DNA of 64,000 nt from an uncultured Erysipelotrichia bacterium (GTDB taxonomy: Bacteria; Bacillota_I; Bacilli_A; JBKEDG01), in the NCBI GenBank assembly GCA_964593055.1, contig CAZQIG010000002.1, positions 28,631-92,630 of the forward strand, given 5' to 3'. Position 1 is the stretch's first letter; the number at the start of each line of letters is the position of its first letter. The translations under genes and the position numbers were made by a program. This document shows, one piece after another, positions 9,811 to 18,912 of the stretch. The notes beneath the pieces were generated by a model. It was not told the origin of the DNA. It worked only from the letters and a program-made list of their open reading frames with translations, and made no database searches.

Positions 9811-10191
9811 ATGTGTTTATTTTGTGAGATTGTTAATCAAGAAGTTATTGCCAATGTTATTTACGAAGATGATGATGTAATTGCTATTTTAGATTTGTAT
9901 CCTATTGATAGTGGCCATACACTAGTAATCCCTAAGGAACATGTAGAAGACTATTTAAGTACTACTAAAAGTTATGATCACAATATAAAAAAGGTTATTT
10001 CTATCTTGAAAAAAACTATGAATATAACAGGAATCACAGTTTCTACTAATATGGGTGTTAATCAAGATGTTAAACATTTACATTTCCATATAATTCCAAA
10101 TGAACGTTTACAGTCTAACTTTAAGATATTGAAACAAACAAATCAAGATGATTTAAAAATCATGAAGAAAAAAATAGGATATCATAAATAA
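9811..10191 (+). CDS. HIT-family hydrolase
   Basis: Histidine-triad HLHFHIIP; 126 aa. Confidence 0.8.
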   Translation: MCLFCEIVNQEVIANVIYEDDDVIAILDLYPIDSGHTLVIPKEHVEDYLSTTKSYDHNIKKVISILKKTMNITGITVSTNMGVNQDVKHLHFHIIPNERLQSNFKILKQTNQDDLKIMKKKIGYHK

Positions 10192-10222
10192 ATTAAATAA
10201 TAGTTACTAAATAGTGAAGAGT

Positions 10223-10256
10223 GATTTCAATAGGTAGTTTGAAATCATTTTTTTTG
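10223..10256 (+). terminator. Intrinsic terminator after the HIT gene
   Basis: TGATTTCAA-8 nt loop-TTGAAATCA followed by TTTTTTTT. Confidence 0.55.
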
Positions 10257-10409
10257 CATCAATAAATATTTATATTAGTAAATTATGGGACATAATACTT
10301 TATAATATTATAATTATGCATTATCTATAATAATTATTAAGTGTTATAATTCAAAGGCTTATTTTAAAAGTTAATTAATATAAAATTTAGCATATTTTGC
10401 GCTAGAATA

Positions 10410-10418
10410 TGGTATAAT
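10410..10418 (+). promoter_or_regulatory. Extended -10 (TGgTATAAT) upstream of the WYL-type regulator gene
   Basis: A perfect TATAAT with a TG extension lies ~65 nt upstream of ATG 10482, inside a 280-bp AT-rich intergenic region. Confidence 0.35.
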
Positions 10419-10481
10419 ATATTGAAATTATTCAAGTAGATTGGATGAGGAACTTAATTATGAAATATTAGGGGGTATTGG

Positions 10482-11126
10482 ATGAAAATTGATAGATTAA
10501 TATCCATTATTGTAATTTTATTGGACAAAGAAAAAGTCACAGCTAAAAGTTTAGCAAAGAAGTTTGGTGTTTCAACAAAAACAATTTACCGTGATGTTAG
10601 TATTTTAAGTGAAGCTAATGTACCGATTTATTGTGATCGGGGGGTGAATGGAGGTATTTGTTTACATAAGAATTATCAATTAAATACGCAGTTTGCGGGA
10701 AAAAGTAATCTTGAAGATATATTAAAAGGAATAAGTAAGTTTCAAGCATATTCTCATGAGAATATCGCTATAAAAAAAAGTTTAGCACATCAAGAAAATG
10801 ATTGGTTGGAAATTGATTTTTCTTCTAGAGATAGTAAAGAGATGGAAAAAGAATACTTTCAAAAAGTTAGAAATGCTATATTAAATAGAAAAGTTGTTGA
10901 TATAAATTATTGTAATGAAGAAGATAAATTAACAACTATTAGAATAGAACCATTAAAGATAGTAGTAAAAAGTGATGACTTGTATGTTCAAGGTTATTGT
11001 CTATTAAGTGAAGAGTCATGTGAACTTCGATTTTCAAGCCTTAGAAGTGTTTCTATTTTAGAACGTACTTCTAAGGATAATGTAAAAGAAGTTATTGAGA
11101 ATTTCATTCAAGAGTTTAATAATTAA
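10482..11126 (+). CDS. HTH transcriptional regulator, YafY/WYL-like (N-terminal HTH_11, short C-terminal ligand-binding domain)
   Basis: The N-terminus (ISIIVILLDKEKVTAKSLAKKFGVSTKTIYRDVSILSEANVPIYCDRGVNGGICL) matches the YafY-family DeoR-like HTH. Confidence 0.55.
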   Translation: MKIDRLISIIVILLDKEKVTAKSLAKKFGVSTKTIYRDVSILSEANVPIYCDRGVNGGICLHKNYQLNTQFAGKSNLEDILKGISKFQAYSHENIAIKKSLAHQENDWLEIDFSSRDSKEMEKEYFQKVRNAILNRKVVDINYCNEEDKLTTIRIEPLKIVVKSDDLYVQGYCLLSEESCELRFSSLRSVSILERTSKDNVKEVIENFIQEFNN

Positions 11127-11185
11127 AAATATAATAAATAGTGTTTTATTAGTGTTTAATACTTCTTTAATGGTATACTTACATA

Positions 11186-11761
11186 GTGAGAGGTGGCATT
11201 AATTTGGAGTGGACGAAAAAACAAGTAGATGAATATATAGAAATGTTTTCAAATTATGATAATAGTTTTGTGATTGATTTGTTTAAAGAAAAGATTGAGC
11301 GTAATCGAACAGTTTTAGAGCTTGGATTTGGAACTGGAGCAGATTATTTGAGTTTAAAAGATTTTTATAAGATACAGCCGACTGATTATTCAAGAGCCTT
11401 TGTCGATAAATTTAATGAAAAGTACGGTCAAATTGCTTATTGTTTAAATGCATTAACGATTGAAACGCTTGAAAAATTTGATTGTATTTATTCTAATAAA
11501 GTTTTAAATGTTTTTGATGATAGTAATTTGCAAAAATCTTTTAATAGGCAATATGAAGTACTTCAAGAAGGTGGAGTAATATTTCATACCTTGTGGAGTT
11601 ATGATGAGGTGTTTTCTACAGAAGAGCATTATTGCAATAGTATTAGTATTAATAAGCTTGAGCAAATATTGAAAAATAAATTTGTCATTCGAGATATTAT
11701 TAAGTATACAGAAATGGAAGAAGATGATTCACTAATTTTAATTGCAAGTAAAATAGAGTAA
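11186..11761 (+). CDS. Class I SAM-dependent methyltransferase
   Basis: Motif I LELGFGTGADY. The start is more likely TTG 11204 after the GAGAGGTGG RBS. Confidence 0.5.
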   Translation: MRGGINLEWTKKQVDEYIEMFSNYDNSFVIDLFKEKIERNRTVLELGFGTGADYLSLKDFYKIQPTDYSRAFVDKFNEKYGQIAYCLNALTIETLEKFDCIYSNKVLNVFDDSNLQKSFNRQYEVLQEGGVIFHTLWSYDEVFSTEEHYCNSISINKLEQILKNKFVIRDIIKYTEMEEDDSLILIASKIE

Positions 11762-11843
11762 TTAGTATAAATATAAAAGCTAGCTTAAAAGCTGGTTTTT
11801 ATTTGGTTATTAATAGGAAAATAAATTTTCGAAATCAAATACC

Positions 11844-11873
11844 TTGACAAGTATATTCCTATAGGGGTATAAT
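11844..11873 (+). promoter_or_regulatory. Consensus sigma-A promoter (TTGACA-18-TATAAT) with an embedded CCTATAGG palindrome; likely operator of the ArsR-family repressor
   Basis: -35 TTGACA at 11844-11849, -10 TATAAT at 11868-11873. The 8-bp palindrome at 11858-11865 lies in the spacer. Confidence 0.6.
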
Positions 11874-11890
11874 GTGTGTGAGGTGATAAT

Positions 11891-12244
11891 ATGGATAAAA
11901 TAAAACTTCTAAATATAATTAGTGAGAAAACTAGATTTAGAATTATTTGTCTATTAAGAGAAGAAAAAATTTGTGTATGTGAATTACAAGAATTGTTAGA
12001 TATAACACAAGTAGCTGCTTCTAAGCATTTAAAAAGGTTAAAGGAATTTGAAGTAGTTACTGCACAAAAGATAGGAAATAGAATTTTTTATACATTGAAT
12101 GATGATTTATATTGGATTTTTGATGTCATTAATATTATGATTCAAGAAGATAATCAGTTAAAAGAAGAACAAAGATTACTTAAGAATCATTTAGCAATTA
12201 GAGATGATAAGACTTATTCATGTCCGAGTGGTGATCAGCAGTGA
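11891..12244 (+). CDS. ArsR/SmtB-family metal-sensing repressor (CadC-like)
   Basis: 117 aa. The CVCEL metal-binding motif precedes the HTH ([13 protein letters not shown]). Its stop overlaps the ATPase start. Confidence 0.8.
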   Translation: MDKIKLLNIISEKTRFRIICLLREEKICVCELQELLDITQVAASKHLKRLKEFEVVTAQKIGNRIFYTLNDDLYWIFDVINIMIQEDNQLKEEQRLLKNHLAIRDDKTYSCPSGDQQ

Positions 12245-14409
12245 AAAAAGTATTCAAAATTGAAGGTATGACATGTGCTAATTGTGCACAAATTATTAGT
12301 AAAGCTTTTAATGAGAAAAGTGATATAAGTGCGGATGTTAACTTTTCATCAAGTAAGGTTACGGTTAAATATGCTGAAGATACTTATAGTATTAATGATT
12401 TAGAAGCAATTGTTGCTAGTGTTGGTTATAAGTTGATAGTCGATATAGATGAATATGATAGTCTTAGTTTTAAAAAATCGATGAAAAGAAATTTAATTAT
12501 CTCAATTATTTTATCTATTCCCCTTTTAATATCTATGTTAGGTCATTTGAAATGGTTTGATTTTATTTATGTTCCTAGTCTTTTCATGAATGGTGTTTTT
12601 CAGTTGATAGTTGCTTCAGTTATTCAGTTTTATATAGCTAAACAGTTTTATATTTCAGCTTATAAAGGACTTAAAAATAAAGTTTTAGGAATGGATTTAT
12701 TAATTGTTTTAGGAACTAGTGCAGCTTATTTTTATAGTGTATTTTTATTGTATAAACAGCTGTTTATTGAAAAATCGATGCATCCAGAATATTATTTTGA
12801 AATAAGTTCTATTATAATTACGATGGTTTTATTAGGTAATTATATTGAATTTATTGCTAAAGAAAGAACAACTAATGCACTAGGTGATTTAGCTAACTTA
12901 GTACCTAAAAAAGCTCGCTTATTAGTAGATGGTGATGAGAAGTTAGTAGAAACAAGCGATATTATAGCTGATAATTTGATGATTGTTTTAGCTAATGAAA
13001 AGATTCCAGTAGATGGGATTATTGATAAAGGTGATAGTAGTATAGATGAATCTTATTTTACAGGTGAAAGTTTACCTGTTAGTAAAAGTGTGGGAGATTC
13101 TGTCATCGGAGGAACGATAAATTTATCAGAAAGAATTATTGTCAAAGCTACTAGTGTAGGTGAAGATACTGTTTTAGCACAAATAATTCGAACTGTAGAA
13201 GAAGCTTCAAATACAAAACCTCCCATTCAACGTGTTGCTGATAAATTATCATCATACTTTGTGCCAATTATTATTTTAATTGCGATATTAAATTTCATGA
13301 TTCAGTTTTTCTTCTTAGGCTATGATTTTAATATAGTTTTTGCAAGAACAATTGCCATTTTAGTTATTTCATGTCCGTGTGCACTAGGCTTAGCAACCCC
13401 AACATCTATTTTAGTAGGAAATGGATTAGCTGCTAAAAATCATATTTTATATAAAGGCGGAGAATTTTTTGAGCTTGCTAATAAGATAGATGTAATATGT
13501 TTTGATAAAACAGGGACATTGACAGAGGGTAAACCTAATGTAACTGATTATATAGGAAATGATGAAGTTTTACAGTATGCTTTTAGTTTAGAAAAAGAAT
13601 CAACACATCCTATTAGTTTTGCTTTAATAGATTATTGTCAAGATAAAGCTTTTATTAAAAGTGATGTTGAAAAGTTTGAGGTTATTAAAGGTAAAGGTAT
13701 TAAAGGAATAGTTAATGGTAAACAAATCCATATCGGGTCATTAAATTTAATTTTAGATTTAGGTCTTGATTATAGTAAGTATTATCATAAGTATGAAAGT
13801 TTAGTTAATATGGCTAAAACTACAAATTTTATTGTTGTTGATAAAGAGATTAAAGGGTTATATGCTGTACGTGATGATATAAAATCAACTTCAAAAAAAG
13901 CTATTGAAAAAATAAAGGCAAAAGGATTGATTCCGATTATGATTACTGGTGATAATGAAAATGTTGCTGAAGCTATTGCTAAAGAAGTTGGAATTAATGA
14001 ATATTATGCTAATACTTTGCCAAATGATAAAAGTAAAATTATTAAAGATTTGCAAAGTCAAAATCATATAGTTGCTTTTGTTGGTGATGGTATAAATGAT
14101 GCACCTGCATTAAAAGTATCTGATATTGGTATTGCCATGGGTCATGGTACAGATATAGCAATTAATTCAAGTGATGTAACACTTATGAGTCATAATTTAG
14201 AACTCGTAGTAACAGCAATAAACATTTCTCAAGCAACTTTAAAAAATATTTATCAAAATTTCTTTTGGGCATTTTCTTATAATTTAGTAGCAGTACCACT
14301 TGCAGCGGCCGGATTCTTATCAATGGTTTTGGCAGCAGGGGCGATGGGATTTTCTTCGATAATGGTTGTTTTAAATGCTCTTAGGTTAAAAAAGAAAAAA
14401 GTTGATTGA
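12241..14409 (+). CDS. Heavy-metal translocating P1B-type ATPase (CPC motif; Cd/Zn/Pb type)
   Basis: HMA domain [11 protein letters not shown] in the TM6 region ([11 protein letters not shown]), [15 protein letters not shown]. Confidence 0.9.
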   Translation: MKKVFKIEGMTCANCAQIISKAFNEKSDISADVNFSSSKVTVKYAEDTYSINDLEAIVASVGYKLIVDIDEYDSLSFKKSMKRNLIISIILSIPLLISMLGHLKWFDFIYVPSLFMNGVFQLIVASVIQFYIAKQFYISAYKGLKNKVLGMDLLIVLGTSAAYFYSVFLLYKQLFIEKSMHPEYYFEISSIIITMVLLGNYIEFIAKERTTNALGDLANLVPKKARLLVDGDEKLVETSDIIADNLMIVLANEKIPVDGIIDKGDSSIDESYFTGESLPVSKSVGDSVIGGTINLSERIIVKATSVGEDTVLAQIIRTVEEASNTKPPIQRVADKLSSYFVPIIILIAILNFMIQFFFLGYDFNIVFARTIAILVISCPCALGLATPTSILVGNGLAAKNHILYKGGEFFELANKIDVICFDKTGTLTEGKPNVTDYIGNDEVLQYAFSLEKESTHPISFALIDYCQDKAFIKSDVEKFEVIKGKGIKGIVNGKQIHIGSLNLILDLGLDYSKYYHKYESLVNMAKTTNFIVVDKEIKGLYAVRDDIKSTSKKAIEKIKAKGLIPIMITGDNENVAEAIAKEVGINEYYANTLPNDKSKIIKDLQSQNHIVAFVGDGINDAPALKVSDIGIAMGHGTDIAINSSDVTLMSHNLELVVTAINISQATLKNIYQNFFWAFSYNLVAVPLAAAGFLSMVLAAGAMGFSSIMVVLNALRLKKKKVD

Positions 14410-14433
14410 GTAAGTAGGAAAGGAGGTAAGAAA

Positions 14434-14970
14434 ATGAATAAGAAAATTGTTTTTGGAATAATAGCAATTATATTGTTTTTTGTAGGTATTTTTGCTCTTG
14501 ATCCTAAGGAATATAGTAATTTAAAAAAGTTTGTTGAAGAAAATGATGTAAGAACGGTTGTCGCTAAACTAGAAAATGGTGAGGTTGAAGAATTAAATGG
14601 TGTTGCTTATCCTAATTATATAGAAGTAAGTAATGAAAGAGAAACAGTAGTTTTAGAAGACGATAATAATGAATTTTATGTATCAATAGCTCCATATTTT
14701 GATACAACCCATTCATGAACTATTCATTATTTGACAGGATGTCAAGGTGAATTAAAAAATTATGAATTAAATGTTGTTATTAAAACTATTGATGGTAGAG
14801 TACTATATGATGGTAAAAAGACAACTTATAGTAATGGATTTATGGGATTTTGGTTACCAAGAAACGTGGAAGCAATTATTGAGTTAGAAAGTGAAGGCAA
14901 GGTAGGTGTTTATGCACTATCAACATTTAGTGATAGCCCTACTTGTATTACAACCTTTCAATTAAAATAA
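14434..14970 (+). CDS. Membrane-anchored hypothetical protein split by one in-frame TGA (14716-14718); candidate selenoprotein, otherwise a nonsense pseudogene
   Basis: ORFs 14434-14718 and 14731-14970 are in the same frame and separated only by TGA. A hairpin TTGACA-GGA-TGTCAA begins 12 nt after the TGA. The organism decodes Sec (selC and grdA are in this window). Confidence 0.35.
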
Positions 14971-14982
14971 AGGAGGAAAATT

Positions 14983-15249
14983 ATGCATTGTAGTTATTTT
15001 TTTGGGAGTAATTTAAGTATAGGAAGACATTTTATAGGTGGTGGAATTATGATGGTACTATTTTGGATCGCTATTATATTATTAGGAGTAGCTTTATATA
15101 ATGCTTTTAAGAAAAAATCTGGAGATAAAATATCTACAGAAACTGAATCAACATCAGAAGCATTAAGAATTTTACAATTAAGATATGCTAATAGTGAAAT
15201 TGATGAAAAAGAATATCTTCAAAAAAAGGGACAATTAAATAGTAAATAA
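14983..15249 (+). CDS. Small membrane protein with a C-terminal SHOCT domain
   Basis: One TM segment, then ALRILQLRYANSEIDEKEYLQKKGQL, which is SHOCT-like. Confidence 0.5.
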   Translation: MHCSYFFGSNLSIGRHFIGGGIMMVLFWIAIILLGVALYNAFKKKSGDKISTETESTSEALRILQLRYANSEIDEKEYLQKKGQLNSK

Positions 15250-15252
15250 TAA

Positions 15253-15288
15253 AATACACTCCATAATATAGGAGTGTATTTTATATAT
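15253..15288 (+). terminator. Intrinsic terminator closing the arsR-ATPase operon
   Basis: AATACACTCC-ataatata-GGAGTGTATT 10-bp stem followed by TTATATATTT. Confidence 0.6.
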
Positions 15289-15415
15289 TTGTAGTAATAA
15301 AAACTTATATCATACTACATAAACAGTGAGAATAATTAATAAAAATTTTCTTGCTTAAAAAAGCTTTTCATGATATAATACTGCGGACAAATTTATTTAT
15401 GAAATAGAGGAGAAT

Positions 15416-15862
15416 ATGAAAAAAAAATATTTGAAAATTAAATCTGTAATACTATTTTTAGTATGCATGCTTTTCTTAATAACTTTAAATATTGTATTAA
15501 AAGTTTTTTTAGATTTTAGTATCTTATTACATCTTGTTATGACGAGTATTTTATTTTTGAGTACTGTTGTTATAATTTTTATTCATGTAAAATACTTGCA
15601 GAGCTATAAATATAAAGTAGATGAGCAAAATCTTTATATTTTTTCTGGCTATGTTTGTAAAAAACATGCTTGCTTTCCAATACGTAGAATTCAACATGTT
15701 GAGTATTATCAATATATTGTACAAAAGAAATTTCAGCTCGCGTGCGTAAAAATTGTCACTGGTGGTGGAATTGGATTAATTAAACTTTTAGATGTTAATG
15801 AAGCGGTAGAATTAACAAATTTATTAAGTAGTACAATACATAGGAGGTTAGATGAAGAATAG
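15416..15862 (+). CDS. YdbS-like bacterial PH-domain (bPH_2) membrane protein
   Basis: 148 aa with an N-terminal TM pair and a C-terminal domain. It is paired with, and overlaps, a larger YdbT-like gene as in the B. subtilis ydbST operon. Confidence 0.4.
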   Translation: MKKKYLKIKSVILFLVCMLFLITLNIVLKVFLDFSILLHLVMTSILFLSTVVIIFIHVKYLQSYKYKVDEQNLYIFSGYVCKKHACFPIRRIQHVEYYQYIVQKKFQLACVKIVTGGGIGLIKLLDVNEAVELTNLLSSTIHRRLDEE

Positions 15863-17285
15863 AAATCATCCAATATCTATTATTAATATTAAATATTCTT
15901 TTCTAATATTATCTGTATTATTGTTTTTTGTTATTTTCTTTGAGAGCTCTAAAAAATGGGTATTTTATTTAGTAATCGCCAGTGTAGCTAGTTTATTTGT
16001 ACTATTTTTTTTATTGAGGATTTTGATGTGGTATAAAACAAATTATGAGGTTACTAATGACAAAATAATTTATAATAGATTTATGAAGTTTACTGTTTTT
16101 AATGTAACAATGAATATTGATAACATTTCTTCAATCAACGCATCAGCAAATTTATTATATAGAATTTTGCAAGTTTCTCGTGTTTCGATTACTTCTAATA
16201 CAGGAGTAGGAAATGCTGATGATTCAATTGATTTGATTATTTCTAATTCTCAATATCAACAATTAAAAGAAGCACTTGAAAAAGATTCTTCTACAAAAGA
16301 AGCTTCTTCAGAAGTTGTTAAGTATCGTTATAACTTTATCGATGTTCTTTATTTTCTACTTATTTCAGTAATTATTCCGGGTGTTATAGTAGTTATTTTC
16401 TCATTCTTACTTTTTAACTTACTAAAGATTAAATTTAATTTAAATACTGTTTTACTTGATTTTGATACTATATTATTTAGTTTAGAACTTTTAGTACCTG
16501 TATCTTTATATAAGTTTATTGAATATAAGAGACTTTTAAATCTTCAAGTTGTGTTTGATAGACTAAGAAGTAAAGTAATAATAAAATCATATTTATTATC
16601 AGAAAGTGAAATTGAGTTTGATTATCAGCAAGTGAAGGTATTGAAATTATATAATTATACATTATTTAAAAAATATTTTTTGAAAGTAGGTATTGTTAAC
16701 TCGTTAGAAACTTCTAATGAGGCAACGGTAATTCCTTTTCTTTCTGCTTTAACTAATAGACAAAAAATAGAAAGTATTTTAAATGATTTAAAATATAGTT
16801 TTAGTGAGAGGCTTAAGTATCGACCTAGCAAAGTTAGATTGCTATATATTGTGATACAAGTACTTATCTACGTGTTAATTCTTGTAATTATATTTTTCAT
16901 CGGAATAACATATCTTAATAATCCTTTTATCTGGCTTCCTTTCGCTCTTGCAACTTTTGTAGGAATTTTAAGAAAATTTCTTAAAATATTTAGCCATTTT
17001 AAAACTGAGTATATCGCATTTGATGAAAAAAATATTATTGTTGCTACTGATTATTATTTACATAAAAAATTTGTTTTTGATTATGATAATGTGCAGATGG
17101 TCACAATAACACAAAATCCATTAGATAAATTGTTTAAAGTAGCAAATGTTTATATTAATATTTTTTCGTATAATGTGCAAGAAAAAACGGTTTATAAACT
17201 AGAAAAGTATCGATATAAAAAAGCGAATGAAATTTTAAAACATATTGAGAGTAAAATAAATTATCAAAATAATATTAGAAGTTAG
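15852..17285 (+). CDS. YdbT-like multi-bPH-domain membrane protein
   Basis: 477 aa with repeated TM-pair plus soluble-domain units. It is translationally coupled to the upstream gene. Confidence 0.4.
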   Translation: MKNRNHPISIINIKYSFLILSVLLFFVIFFESSKKWVFYLVIASVASLFVLFFLLRILMWYKTNYEVTNDKIIYNRFMKFTVFNVTMNIDNISSINASANLLYRILQVSRVSITSNTGVGNADDSIDLIISNSQYQQLKEALEKDSSTKEASSEVVKYRYNFIDVLYFLLISVIIPGVIVVIFSFLLFNLLKIKFNLNTVLLDFDTILFSLELLVPVSLYKFIEYKRLLNLQVVFDRLRSKVIIKSYLLSESEIEFDYQQVKVLKLYNYTLFKKYFLKVGIVNSLETSNEATVIPFLSALTNRQKIESILNDLKYSFSERLKYRPSKVRLLYIVIQVLIYVLILVIIFFIGITYLNNPFIWLPFALATFVGILRKFLKIFSHFKTEYIAFDEKNIIVATDYYLHKKFVFDYDNVQMVTITQNPLDKLFKVANVYINIFSYNVQEKTVYKLEKYRYKKANEILKHIESKINYQNNIRS

Positions 17286-17312
17286 AAGATCGATTTATCG
17301 ATCTTTTACTTT
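17286..17312 (+). terminator. Intrinsic terminator
   Basis: AAGATCGA-ttta-TCGATCTT followed by TTACTTTATTT. Confidence 0.5.
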
Positions 17313-17384
17313 ATTTATAAGTGGGTATTTAAATTTTTTCTTTTATTATTATTTCAAGTAGGTGCAGTAATCATATTCAAAATA

Positions 17385-17681
17385 TTGATTGATGTTTTTG
17401 ATCTCAACTTAAATATATACTTCATAAGTATTATGTTTTTTCTTGCAACAGTGCCTTTATTGTCATTAAGTAATGGTTTGTATCATAGAAATGCGTTTGT
17501 TGTTTCAAATGCTATGATAATTGTAGTGCTGATGCTTTTAGTAGTATTAAATATTGGATTAGACTCAGAACTTAACTTTTTTCTTATTATAGTTTTGAAT
17601 AGTTTGGGAGTTTTTAATTTAATATATTTTTATTTAAGTGTAGACCTAGAAAAAAATGGCTTTAATACAGCCATACATTGA
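17385..17681 (+). CDS. Hypothetical small membrane protein
   Basis: 98 aa with three predicted TM segments and no recognisable motif. Confidence 0.3.
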   Translation: MIDVFDLNLNIYFISIMFFLATVPLLSLSNGLYHRNAFVVSNAMIIVVLMLLVVLNIGLDSELNFFLIIVLNSLGVFNLIYFYLSVDLEKNGFNTAIH

Positions 17682-17892
17682 AAATCAGAAAATTATTTTT
17701 TTAGATGAGCCATTTAATGTATTCGATAGAGGGCGGTAAATATTTTTGTTATAGTCAATCATAAATTCAACACTGATTTATAGAAAATTAGAACTCAAAC
17801 GTAGAGTTCTTTTTATTTTAGAAGAAATGAAGTCACTAAAAAAGGTTTAGTACATAGGAACAAAGATTGGAAGGGCATTCAATAAAAGAACA

Positions 17893-18009
17893 ACAAGAAT
17901 TAGTTGACTACTTGGATTATTTTCATGTTTTATTTGTTTGAAGTTGAATAGATTTTCGAGATTTTTTGAAGATAGGATATATTTTTTGCATGTTTTATAA
18001 ATTCATCAA
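17893..18009. repeat. R1 repeat, copy A (~117 bp, ~90% identical to 25099-25215)
   Basis: Aligned by eye: acaagaattagttgacYacttggattattttcatgttttatttgtttgaagttgaaYagaYtttcgagattttttgaagataggatatat...ttataaattcatcaa. Confidence 0.6.
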
Positions 18010-18402
18010 GTTGTTGGTAAAGTAAAAAAAGTTTATGAGGTAACTTATTTAAATGATGAAGAAGTTGAAATAAATTTAAAAAGTGAGTTCATTCATAGTG
18101 AAACAGTAGATGAAGGAGTATTATGTGAAACTAAAGTTATTCAAGATAATAAGAACAATTCTTTAGATAATGATTCAAAACAGACATATGACAATAGCGA
18201 TATACTTAAGATAGAAACACCGAAAGGAGCAGGTGGTACGGAAAATAAATCAGTATCTAAAGATGATATAGTTGCTCATAATAAGATGGGAGCATTTGCT
18301 AATAAGCTAGTATGTGAAAAATATGGTGATATTAATTATAAAGAACATGAGTTTTTAGACTTCTCGGATGGTAGCTTTAACATTCTGGGTATAAATAAAT
18401 AG
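18001..18402 (+). pseudogene. 3' fragment of a Rep_1-family rolling-circle replication initiator (no start codon)
   Basis: 134 in-frame codons ending ...AFANKLVCEKYGDINYKEHEFLDFSDGSFNILGINK*. This is paralogous to the C-terminus of the frameshifted Rep at 21988-22745. The EKYG..K region resembles the catalytic-Tyr motif III. Confidence 0.5.
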
Positions 18403-18522
18403 TTGAAATATATATAATAAAATGGTATATTTGTGTAAATAGGGAAGAAATCGTGAAAATAGTGATGAAAAAAATCATATATAATGATTGTGTCTAAATC
18501 ATTATATAAAGGGGAGAAAAAT

Positions 18523-18873
18523 ATGAAAAGATTCTTATCAATATTTATGTTATTATCTGTATTTTTTACATTTAATATCAATACACACGAAGTAGAGGCT
18601 GCTGTAAAGTGTAAAACTATCTATATAGGATATGGCAATCATAAAACAATTGTTTGTGAAGGAATTGATTACACATTCTTTAATGAGTATATATCAAAGC
18701 ATGAGATTCCGACTTTAGCATGGCAATCTGGTGCAAGTGTTAAGCGTAAAGGTGATGGGGTAAAAGAATGTCGTACAAGCCGTATGGGTTACATGGTTAA
18801 GGCAGATATCAGAGTCAATGGTAATGGCGCAAAATATTATCAAGGCCCTAGTTGTTATGTTGATACATATTAA
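18523..18873 (+). CDS. Secreted Cys-containing small protein (signal peptide plus ~90-aa mature part with 4 Cys)
   Basis: RBS AAAGGGGAG before ATG 18523. Signal MKRFLSIFMLLSVFFTFNINTHEVEA. It lies upstream of an ABC exporter pair. Confidence 0.5.
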   Translation: MKRFLSIFMLLSVFFTFNINTHEVEAAVKCKTIYIGYGNHKTIVCEGIDYTFFNEYISKHEIPTLAWQSGASVKRKGDGVKECRTSRMGYMVKADIRVNGNGAKYYQGPSCYVDTY

Positions 18874-18880
18874 AGGAGAA

Positions 18881-18912
18881 TAGCGCTTATTATTATAAGC
18901 GCTAACTTTTTA
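18881..18912 (+). terminator. Hairpin plus T-tract between the secreted-protein gene and the ABC permease
   Basis: TAGCGCTTAT-tatt-ATAAGCGCTA 10-bp stem followed by ACTTTTTA. Confidence 0.5.

Noticed and set aside
11767-11800. Possible terminator hairpin after the methyltransferase gene (AGCTT-aa-AAGCT / AAAAGCTAGC...GCTGGTTTTT)
   Set aside because: The stem is at most 4-5 bp with a very short loop and alternative imperfect pairings. It is too weak to call.
18336-18581. Minus-strand ORFs 18336-18581 and 25572-25769 inside island intergenic DNA
   Set aside because: They have low-complexity Ile/Tyr/Phe-rich translations of AT-rich DNA and no RBS, and they overlap a plus-strand gene start or repeat R2. 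They are probably not genes. The R2-associated tiny ORF is discussed separately.
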